Assembly (NCBI RefSeq): GCF_964204645.1
Contig: NC_134027.1
Coordinates: forward strand, 17,074,560 to 17,138,559
DNA: 64,000 nucleotides
Origin: Tubulanus polymorphus
Lineage: Eukaryota; Animalia; Nemertea
Direction: 5' to 3'
The position numbers were made by a program, and so were the translations under genes. Shown here piece after piece: positions 53,060-64,000 of the stretch. A model generated the notes under the pieces. The model saw only the letters and a list, made by a program, of their open reading frames with translations. It was not told the origin of the DNA and did no database searches. Numbering within the stretch: the first letter of the stretch is position 1; every line of letters starts with the position of its first letter.

Positions 53060-53760
53060 CTGTTGAATTAATTAGTAATTCAGTCTTTCGGTGGTTCGAG
53101 ATAAAATGCCCGCAAAATAAGAACCAACGAACCAGGGCTGACCACAAATTGCCCAACAGATAAATTTTCGGAAACGACACAATCATGTTTAGTATCAAAT
53201 AACTCGTGGCGTGGACCTTGGTCTATCAACTGACCAATGCCATGACCAGTCCTGGCTATATAGTAAATTATCTGTTTTGCAAACAATTAAGTTGTTTGGT
53301 GTCAAATAACTAGATATAATTTGGACATTAAAGTAACAATTGTTTAACTGACCAATGCTTGACCATTACTGACCAGTTACCACTAACTAGAACCCACCAT
53401 AAGTAATTTATATGTTTAGTAAAGCAATAAAATCGTGTTTGGGCGTCGAGCTACTAGATACGGTGCGGGCTATGATCTAACAACTATTTAACTGACCAAT
53501 ATTTTACCAATACTGACCTTAAAGTAATTTGTTTATTCTAGAAGCAACACAGTCGTGTTTGGTGTCAAATAATTAGAAATGGTGTGGACTTTCATCTAAC
53601 AACTATTCAAGTGACCAAATCTTGACCAATACTGACCACATAGCTATATTTATCTGTTTCGGACACAACTTAGTCGTGTCTCGTATCAAATAATTTCATT
53701 CGGTCTGAACGTAAATATAACAACTCTTTTACCTGTACAAGCTACACCAGTACTGTCTAA
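53060..53760. repeat. Degenerate ~120-bp tandem array with triple TGACCA motifs
   Basis: Recurrent GTGTTTGGTGTCAAATAA...TGACCAAT..TTGACCAATACTGACC. Confidence 0.7.
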
Positions 53761-56700
53761 TTACCGGTTAAATGTTTTTAGAAATAACACGGGGTATTGC
53801 CTGAATCCTTCGTCAGTACTACTCTTATTAAATGTGTCGTTTTAAAAGTCTTGTCCAATTTTTATTGTAGGAAGCGAGCTAACTTTGAAATTTCCCACTA
53901 AATGCAAATGATTTTCACATCGGGTTTTGAACGAACAACGTTTCGATTTGTAATTGTAACGTGCGCATTTGAGCCTGTAACGTGCACATTTCACTAGTGT
54001 GAACGTGCGTATCGGTACCATTATGCGAAACTTGTCAAACTTTTGCGTTCAAGACGTTTAAACTGAACACTAAAGGAGATATTATATCATATCATATCAT
54101 AGCATATCATATCATATCATATATATGAATAATGAATAGATGGAAGATAATGTAGTAGTTTTGAATGTTTCGTAACTGCTGACCACTGACCACAGATCAC
54201 CAAAGTTAATCGCCTCATATGAAATATATATATTCGTTATAAGGGATGTAGTAGTTCAGTGAGAATTCAAACTTATGGGTAATTTTAAGTGATCACAACG
54301 CTGACCAATAGAGAAAGCTGTATCACAACAAAAGTGCGACTTACGTATCTTATTGAAACATTGTAAAATACCGGAGAGTAAATGGGAGAACCCTAAATTC
54401 GAAACAATTCCACACTCGGATCGTTTACTTTGAAAACACAATTTGCAATTTGTGGACATCCATTATTTCTGCATCAAAAGCATGAAGTATATCATCTTTG
54501 CTCGTAAAAATTTGAAATTTTGAGGAAGATTTTTGGCCTCGTTAACCTGTGAACACGTCCTTCATATATTTTCTAAGACCGATCTTGATATAATGCTGAG
54601 AGTTTAGAGAACATTATGGTAGGATGTAAACATAGGCCGCTTCGTATCCGTGGAAGGTTGCTAATTATTGATCTTATACACAATAATCATAAGTACGTAA
54701 CATGACACTCCATAGAATATCGTTTTTCAATGATACGTACACAAATTATTGCGATATAAAGATAAATAGTACTTTAATATACTTTTTACTTCTTATACTG
54801 AATATTTCTTTAGTAGTATTAATAAAGAGTGGATCAGCAGGCTACCTGAGCCCATTCCACGATTTGAGGTCAGTTGCCAAAAGTTAGTAAGTTTACATAC
54901 CAGTGGATAGTTAACATTTTAAATGACAATTAAAACTTCATTGCTAAAAATAACTTTGTATTCGTAGAATAGTCACACTCAAATGCGGAGAAGTGATAAT
55001 ACCATAATACGATACGAAAATTCACTGTGTACAAATTCAAAAAGATGGTCTCTAGTGAACGATCGAACGTTGTGTCGTAATTTTCTAATGATAAAACTTG
55101 GTTTGAGATTTGAAATGTGTACATAGTGGATCTTTTTCATATTAACAGTGTATTTGGTCATGTAGCCTATCATATTGTATAATGGTTAATTTAAACTAAC
55201 TGGTTTTAGAGTTGTATCCTTAAATCCTGTAATAGAGGATGCAATCTTTTTGCGGCAAACAGTACAAATAGCTAGAAAAAGCAACGATAGCGTACATTGG
55301 TTGTTTAGGTATTTCGTTGGGAAAATTAATGTTTAATCATTATTGAAATATCCGAGGCGAGCTTTTCCAGGAATTTACGAAGTTGAGCTTTACACAAGGA
55401 ATTTTTTTGTAGTCCGATATCCGTGATTACCTCTGGCTTGGAGAGATACAATCTAAAACCAACCGTCGAGTCAAATATTTTACCACAATTTTCTATGATT
55501 AGTAAAAAGATTAAGTAATAGACATAGGCATGCAAACAGTAATATCTGAAGTCCACTCCATTTCAAACTCATTCATCTTTACACAAACTCCAACTTGTTG
55601 AACAGTTCAACATCGCGTGGCTTGAATTATTACGATAACTAAAATCAGGGACCACGATACTTGCTCATCTACACTGGCAACTAATTTAACAAAGGATTGA
55701 ATTTGAGTGTTTGATGTTGTAACAATAGGCCTACCATACTGAATTACGGATTCACTTTCTACTTTTTGATTGAACTATGTCACATATTGGGTCATTTCAT
55801 TTTTACCAGTATAGGCCTAATTGGAAGAACCTATCCGTATATCATGTTTAATTTTATATAATCTGACTTTTGAGATGTCATTCAATCAATGCATTCATAT
55901 GCGGTCGTCGCTTTCAAAAGCCACCACGGACTGACTCCTTAGCGATACCTTGGCGGACGATCCCACACGTTTCTTGCTCCAGCCCTAGAATGCTCAATTA
56001 TAGTCGTCATAAAAACCCGATTTGAATTCAAATTCAAAAGACTCCTAAAAACGCACCTGTTTACTCGATTACTGTAAAGCGCCTTTGAGCATTATATGCA
56101 AGAATCAGTGAAATCGGCGCTTTATCAGTTGTATTCATCATTCAAACCCATTATTCTCCTTATCCTATGAATTTGGAGACCCATCCTCGCATGAGAATGA
56201 ATATAATGTGATTTCAATTAAAGATGACACATGGCCTCATATCATTACGTTATGTTTTTTAACGGGTGGGCGAGATTATATTCTTATGTTTTTGTTTCTC
56301 TGAATGTCGCTATTTAAGAGTTCAATAATAATTTCAGTCAACCAAACAAAGGATTTTTCTGTATGTTTCGTGTCCTGTTTTTCCATAACCCTAGGACTGC
56401 ATTTTAGGTATTTTTCGTGGATGACCGAACGCTGCTGTCCCTTTCTAGTAATTTGATGATATCTGTCGAAATCTAAATTTTAAAAAGGAATCAGGCATAT
56501 CTCCTTGTTTGACTAAGTAAGAACTCAACTTTAAGGGACACTCCCTTAAAGGCGCCAAAGTAAAATCAGGTGTCGAGTGGAGATGATATTGTGTCAGAAT
56601 TTCTTCAAAAGCGGAGAAAATTGAATATTTTGAAAATAATGATTTCACATGTATGTTTGAATCCGTTATAACTGGAGCAATTTTCATAAAAACATATCTA

Positions 56701-57759
56701 TGGAATCAACGAAATGTAATTAAGAAGAATACTATGTTTAAGATGTTAACAAAGGCATTTGAAAAACGTTTTCTGATTTCGTCAACTGTGAAACTAGTGT
56801 CAACCAGATGTGTTCCCATTAAACGAACCGACTGCGAGCCGAGTCGATGTGAGATGTGGCCTACACTGAAAATCTCAAGCGCTACCACTGGTTTTTAGGT
56901 GCTTCTGAATGTCGGCCGTTAAAAAACTAAACAATTGCCATTTGGAAAGAGCCTAGTTAGAGAAAATGCTAGATGTGTATATTGTGTGATATTTCATGTG
57001 CGTTTGGAATTTAACCTTGTTTATAACGAAACACACATGTTCTTTTCTATTTTAGAAGAGCGCATGATAGTGCAATAAAGAACTGACAATGAAAAATGGG
57101 TAACAGGTGACTGATATCACACCGAATTTCAATTCCTATGAATACTTTTCATATAGTGAATTATGTACAAGAGTTAAAAAAAACTCGAAATATTAACGAA
57201 ACAGTTTTTTGACGGACAAATCGTTACCATCGAATTTTCAAAACTTTTTTAATGCCTTGGTGACCACTGGTCTAGTACGCAGTTTTCTGAAACAAAAGTG
57301 GCCAAGTTTAAAGAACGACAAATGATTACAAATATTAGGAGCCTAATGCGTTTAATGATTTAATTAATTGGCATCGCGCTGATTGGTTGAAAGACGGTTG
57401 TTAGTCATCTTGCCTGTGATTTAATTGTTTTTTTAAGCATCGATTAACCATAGATTTCATCTTATCATAACTTATTTGCAGGTGCTTCTCGCAAACATTT
57501 TCTATTCGTTTTCAAACGCAGTACTGTTCAGATGATTCGCGTCAAGCTTTGAGTCAAGTAGTAAAAAAGGTTATGTATTAGCATTACTATGCAGTCAAAA
57601 TAACGCACTGCGGCAAGTGAGGTGCTGTGATCCAGATGTGTAACCTATTTAGGAGTAATATATTTCCATCATGTCAACGCCATTCAGAAACAGTAGCAAA
57701 ACATACTGCTGGTCTCTAGAAATAACAAAACGACGACAACCACTTTCGAATTCGACGAT

Positions 57760-58290
57760 ATTCGAGAAGTTTCACTTGGGCAGTGGTGGTCAGTGATGGT
57801 CAATTTATGAATTCTAATGGGGAATGCTTTCTAGTTTCACACCAAATGCGGTACCGGTATATCTTTCTTACATTCGAGAAGTTTCAATTGGTCATTGGTG
57901 GTCAGTGATGGTCAATTCATGAATTTTCAATGGCGAATCGTTTCTAGTTTGACAACCATAACGCGGTATATCGTTCTCATATTCGAGAAGTTTGAATTGG
58001 TCAGTGGTGGTCAGTGATGGTCAATTTATGAATTCTCAATATTTATGGCGAATCCTTTCTAGTTTGACACCATAACGCGGTATATCGTTCTCATATTCGA
58101 GAAGTTTGAATTGGTCAGTGGTGGTCAGTGATGGTCAATTTATGAATTCTCAATATTTATGGCGAATCCTTTCTAGTTTGACACTATAACGCGGTATATC
58201 GAACTCATATTCGAGAAGTTTGAATTGGTCAGTGGTGGTCAGTGATGGTCAATTTATGAATTTGCAATGATGATACCTCGGTAGTTTGAA
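57760..58290. repeat. ~112-bp tandem array, five copies
   Basis: ATTCGAGAAGTTTGAATTGGTCAGTGGTGGTCAGTGATGGTCAATTTATGAATT repeated at about 57760, 57872, 57981, 58095 and 58209. Confidence 0.92.
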
Positions 58291-59534
58291 AACAAACATG
58301 ACTTGATAAATTTCCGGAATTCGCAGTCAGGTGTTCAGACTCGGGAATATCTCAATTGGTCAGTTTCTGACCATCATGGTGTCACCATTGTGGTCTATAG
58401 CTCAAATGAAACACGTGGGACCGACGAAAGGGCCCAAAAGCGTAAGTCATTTCCTGAGTGATGTGATCCAAAAATGCCCTAACCTAAGGCAGTCTTTCGA
58501 TTGGACGAAACCAAATCGGACAGAACAATTAAAATTTGGGAAGGCCACAGGCAGTGGTCTTTCTACGAAGCCCACGCGGTAGGCCTATACTTTGAGCGTA
58601 TTATTATGAAATCTTTTTTTAAACCACCATGTACCACATTAAGTAATAAGCATCGTTGTAAGCACTTGAAACACCCATTAACCACTTGAAACTGTCAGAT
58701 CAAACATCATACCGCATCCCCGCAAAGAGGGGTAGTTCAGCAAACCGGAGCTTTCATTTGCCTATCTAGACTACCCCGCCAGTACGGGTAGCCGAGCAAA
58801 CCGGAAAACTCATAATGCACTGCAGTGGGTAGGTATTTTCAACTCACTTTGTTCTTCTATGACATTACCATCGCCGCTGCGTCCCGATGTGATGTACATG
58901 TACAAGAACTTCTTATTTGTAATGTATGTGATGTATAAACTGACTTTAGACCGTTCAATATCGACGATAACAAGGTATCACCGACGCTGACATTTTCTGA
59001 CGCTAACTAGTATGACCCGGACCAATTCAATTCAATTAAGAAAACGCGTACCGGTACAATAAATAAATAAACCGCTGTTGACTTTTCGAAGTATTGATAT
59101 CCACGAACAAAACTATACTATTATAGAATGTTTAAAAGGAACTGCTTTAAATAACAGTATGAATAAACTTACTTCACAAACAAGGAAGTACATTTTTTAC
59201 TTGTGAATGGTCGAACTTGTGAATGGTTATTCACAGTAACCTGTGATTTGGATATTCTCGGAGCATTCCTTCTTTATTTATTTATGAAATGACGTCACAA
59301 ACTTTCAGATTCGCGCCAGTATGCGCGCAATGATTGATGATTGCTATTTCCACCGGTGTAATCTTTAAGTAACTTCAAGTTTAAAATAGGAAGCACAGTA
59401 CATCCATAGAAACTACGCGCAGAAAGAGACTGTTATATTATTATCAGAGTTTAACATTTCGTTTCAAAGTTGTTAGTAGTCAAATCTAATAGAAGATGAT
59501 GTTTATGTGACGAAACTCAGTGGAAAATATGTTT

Positions 59535-59625
59535 AAATAATAATCAGCAGGAATCCAATAGGGTTCCTGCCGAGGCAGCAGAAACCCTAAATATAGCTGC
59601 AAAGCATCGATAACGGGTTTTCTGA
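59535..59625 (-). mobile_element. Helentron-type head-tail junction remnant
   Basis: AATCAGCAG...TAGGGTTCCTGCCGAGGCAGCAGAAACCCTAAATATAGCTGCAAAGCATCG, as at 52200-52280. A lone end motif is also at about 46862-46895. Confidence 0.65.
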
Positions 59626-61776
59626 GCAGGCGTGCTATTCATAATTTGAAAAGTGGATAATAGAAATATATCAATGCGGGATACGCATTTGATGTGTCAA
59701 GTCACACCAATACGGTATAACATAACATAATTTGTAGTAATAGTCAAATTGGGGGTTACTCCGGTCGTTTAGTTGTCTGTGGAGTCGAGTAGATTGGTTA
59801 CCCGTCTGTAACATTGGTTACGGAAACGACTCGTCAGCTTGATGAGTTGTATGTATTATGCTTGTGCGCCGCCTGCATTTTCCGAAATAATGTTCATAGA
59901 ATCATTTGAAGGGACGATTGAAATTAATTATCAGCGTGCATCTGAATATGTAATAGTCCTTGGTAACTTTCCGTTGCAGGGGGCATAGAAAAGATTTTGA
60001 AATTATCTAATTAAAATATAAATTTCATTTATGAAAAATAAACTAGGTCAGTACAAATTGAAAATGCATAGTGTATTTTTAAGAACAAGCTTACATAGCT
60101 TACATAATACATCACGTACATTTGAATTGTATAAGTGATGTGTAAAAATCAACGTGTGACAGAAAAAAAATGTAGTTAATTATTTTACAATATCGAAATA
60201 TGTGCTCTCTTTTTAATGATCTTTCTAACTAATGGAGTGATATGCAATTAATCACATGGCCTGTATTAAAAGATAGAACATACAAGGTGGATATTTATAA
60301 GTCGAAACATGTGAACAGAAACTAAAACTTTGATGTCAGTGACCAGGTATGGAATTACACAACGAAAATTGGCTTTAAACCCAACAAACATTATTAAAGA
60401 ATGTTTCAAACAAAATGCTTTATATAACAACATGAATAAACTTGTTTTACAAAACAAGAAAGTACATTTTGAACTTTTGAATGGTCGAATCCCATTTATT
60501 CACAGTAACCTGTGATTTGGCGATTCTTGGAGCCATCCTTCTTGATGACGTTACTAACAAGTGGTCACGGCCGTACGCGTGCACTCATTTCTTTGAAGAT
60601 CTAGCGAGCAGGCACCGGTGCCCGCACGCTCTTTCGCGGAGCGGGACCACGTGACGCTGCGCCCTGCCCCCTTCGCGCTGAGAACTCGTGTTTACGGGCC
60701 TTAAACACTAGCATTGAGTGTAGTCTAGTACCTAGCCGTTGTTCCACATATAAGGTTAATTTTCGCCCCTCATCTTGAGGGACGAGGCTTTGAGCGTCTA
60801 TTTCACCCCTTAAAACACCACCAACTTACCTCAAACTAACTGACTGTTCTGTAATCCGATGGAAGTTAACTATTGTTTGTGCATAAGTTTGTAATCCTAA
60901 GTAGCTTATGACGATCGTAGTATCTCAAAACTTCGGACTAGTCGCCTCAAAAAACAGTTGAAGTGAAGCACCATAACAAATATGTCGGCTTTTCGTTGTG
61001 CATGGTGGGAGTGTAAATTACGGATTCGGACTTGAACTTGGACTGAAATTGATGCCAATGCAGATATTATTCTTGTTTCAAATTCTTAAGGTTAAAATTG
61101 ACCAAAATTGATGCGTTTTATCAGCAATAAAAAGCATTTAGAGTAATTTTAAAGGGATATATTGAATTTTCACATTTTATTAATTTAGTCCGTATTGGAA
61201 ATCCCGATTGTGGCAATCAATTCAATTCAAATCGAATCAATAAATTCTCCGGTTCGCGATTTAAATCAGCAACAATTTTATTATAAAACACGTTTTCAAA
61301 GTCAACAAGGTAACTAATTAATTTATTTTAGTACAAAGGTTTGATATGACGCTAAAATTAGTTGTTGCATTGCAATTAACAGGAGTTAACCTCCATATGA
61401 TACTTACGCGTCAGACGTTGTAGGGAACCGTAATAACGACTGGTATTCAGACTACAATTTGGTTGATGTTTGCCTGTCAACGGAATGAAGCGGTACCGTG
61501 AATAATAGTACCAGGTTCAACATTCACCATTTATTGCTAATGTTAGTTCTACAGATCTAATCCCGGTATCACGAGCGCGTCATTCGAAATCTATGCAGGG
61601 TTCATAAGTAATAGGGAATATGTTGTTTCAGGCCAAAGGTCGAAGGGTCAAAAAATAAATTCTCGCACACTCGAATCTATTTTTCGACCCTTCAACCTTT
61701 AACCTGCAACAACATATTGCCTGTTACTCTTAAAATATTCATGTAATTACTTCTAAAATCACTTTTGATAGAAAAT

Positions 61777-62489
61777 ATGTTATTAGAATGGAGAGAAAAC
61801 AAAGATTTAAAAGAAAGTGTAGATTTAAAATTAGTAAATGTAAGTTTATGTAATTCTTTTCATAATATAACGGATAAAACTATTGAAGATAATACTTTTT
61901 TAATTCATATTAGAAATATAAATAGATTGTTTCATCTAATTTTAAAACCAGGATTATATAATTTAGAAACATTAGCTCAAGAAATTAATCGAAGAGCACG
62001 GTTGAAAATTAGAAGAGATGATAAATTTTTAATTAGATTTATAAAAAGTGATAGCACAAATAAAATTAAAATAAAGGTATGTGATGAATGTCAAAATGCA
62101 TTTATGGCACAAAAAAACCATTAGCTAAATTGCTAGGAATTGCACCAGATACTGTTACAGGAAACATATACGGTAATTCAAATATAATGCCTTTTACACA
62201 CTTTTATATTTATTGCAGTTTAATTGATCCTACAAAAACATTTGAAGCAACTAAAGATACAATTTGTAATTCTAGTATATTAAATATTTTACCATTAAAA
62301 AATGTTAAACAATTTGGAACTCAAATAAATTGTAATATAGCTGGGTGTGATTTTAAACCTTTTATTCCAAAATTTAATAATTGTAACTTAGAAGTAAGAA
62401 ATCATAATGGATACTTAATTGATTTAAATAACTTTCCTGTAATTTATGAATTAGTTATAAGATGTAGAGAGTACTTTTCCCCTATATAA
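61777..62489 (+). pseudogene. Polinton minor capsid (penton-like) protein, frameshifted
   Basis: LVNVSLCNSFHNI, LKPGLYNLETLAQEIN, LAKLLGI, FYIYCSLID and LEVRNHNGYLIDLNNFPVIYELVI. Confidence 0.75.
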
Positions 62490-62830
62490 ATAAATATAAC
62501 AGTAGGACCGAGTATATGTTTTGGATTTGATTTTAAACGTGAGAAAGAAATGAGAATTAAACTAGATGATGTAATTACTGATATAAAAAGTAAATCATTT
62601 AACAATGCATCAATGATTAATAAAGGAAATTATAATATACAAAAAGTAATTGGTTCAATCGAAACACCTTTAGAATATTATGAATTAAATGAAGATGGAA
62701 TTACGATGATATTAAAAATATATTATCTCACATATATGATAATCATAAAAGTAGTAATGAAATAAATGTTGAAATAATTATAACTAAGATAACTAAATAT
62801 TTTGAAGATGGTAATTTTTTTGATTAATAA

Positions 62831-63052
62831 ATGAGTGATAATAAGTGGATGATAAATGGATTATATAATGGAGCATTATTATCAGTAGGAACTGTTGGAT
62901 ATACAATAGTATTAAAAAAAGTATTCAAAATGGGAAGTATTAATGTTGATAAATTTGGTATCAATGATATCTTAAAATTAACGTTAGCAGTTACTTTATC
63001 TAATTTAACAATTGATTATTTAGAAAAACAAAAATATATTCCTCCTATATAA
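62831..63052 (+). CDS. Small hydrophobic Polinton accessory protein
   Basis: Intact 73-aa ORF ending TIDYLEKQKYIPPI, preceded by the AATAAATG start context typical of these elements. Confidence 0.55.
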   Translation: MSDNKWMINGLYNGALLSVGTVGYTIVLKKVFKMGSINVDKFGINDILKLTLAVTLSNLTIDYLEKQKYIPPI

Positions 63053-63076
63053 ATGCGTAATTTTTTTACAAAATAA

Positions 63077-63463
63077 ATGGCATCTGCAATTATAGGATCG
63101 GCAATTGTTAACGCTTTAGCATTTACTGGCGGGGGATATTCATTCAAACGCAGAAAAAAGAAGACATAACTTAGCATTAGAGAAATATAATAAAGCTGCA
63201 GAAGAATATAGAGAAAAAAAACAAAACTATATGGATTATATTAACAAAGAATTATATGATCAGAAAATTTCACATTAAGATTTTCAATCAGTTGATGAAG
63301 CTAGGAGTTTATATAACGCAGTAACAAATAAAGAAATATTACATCTATATAAACCTAAATTATCAGATTATTAGACCCCAAGTAGTAAACAGAAGAAATA
63401 TGAAATAATTTGGATTTTAGGTGGAACAGTTGTTGTTATATTTGTAGCATATAAATTTACTAA
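63077..63463 (+). pseudogene. Polinton accessory protein (NALAF...RHNLALE type)
   Basis: MASAIIGSAIVNALAFTGGGY, then RRHNLALEKYNKA after a frameshift, and a hydrophobic C-terminus. Confidence 0.55.
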
Positions 63464-64000
63464 TTAATTACATATTATTTTTTGTTAAATAAATGGATGG
63501 TAAAATTGATGGTGTTAATATTATTCCTCATGATATAAATAAACCAAAATTAGAATTTTTTTATTATTAGTGGTTCAGTTACAATTAGTTCGGTGATTAC
63601 ATCTCTAGCAATAGAGCAACATCTCAGTCCATTAACACCATTAGCTATATCAATTTGTGTGTTAGGATAAAGTTCAAGAGTTTTAACTGGAATAAGTTCA
63701 AAATTGAATATAAAATGTAATAAGAAAAAATAAAATCTAATAAAAATGAAATTAATAAATTAAAAAATACACTAGATTATATAATAAGTTTAAATGGAAA
63801 TATAACAATTCAAGAGCAGGATAAATTATTGCTAGAATTAATAAATTATTAATTTTTTTATTATATAAATGGCGGATAGTTTACCAAAAGCTTTCCAATA
63901 TAATAAATCAATTAAATATAATATTCCGGCAATAGATTTTAATAAAGATATTTCATATAGAAGTGCAGTTTTAGATTCACTTATTAATTTAGATATTTAT

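Larger units (their letters stand above)
61607..64000 (+). mobile_element. Left part of another decayed Polinton (D)
   Basis: Starts AGTAATAGGG with a terminal hairpin (61607-61728), followed by a minor capsid gene and small accessory ORFs. The predicted TSD TTCATA cannot be tested in this window. Confidence 0.85.

Noticed and set aside
60982-61035. THAP-domain start (MSAFRCAWWECK)
   Set aside because: Stops after about 17 codons with no downstream THAP residues; too little evidence.

Overview
AT-rich eukaryotic (invertebrate-like) genomic DNA made almost entirely of nested mobile elements; nothing here looks prokaryotic. Polinton/Maverick (adintovirus-like) material dominates: a decayed near-full element (1-10294: integrase, packaging ATPase, major capsid fragment, pPolB), the start of another (61607-end, minor capsid), two fragments, and two short non-autonomous derivatives that still carry exact 6-bp target-site duplications (14928-19882, 42082-46132). 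Several Polinton termini fold into long terminal hairpins. Also present: an apparently intact Chapaev (RAG1/Transib-related) DNA transposon (28210-34113) whose transposase contains an inserted PHD-type finger, two Penelope-like elements with three minimal hammerhead ribozymes, a decayed Bel/Pao LTR element, a Harbinger transposase pseudogene, LINE fragments, tandem Helentron-type non-autonomous elements, and one host-like exon (alpha-arrestin). All family assignments come from motif recognition by eye; no searches were run, and boundaries of decayed pieces are approximate.
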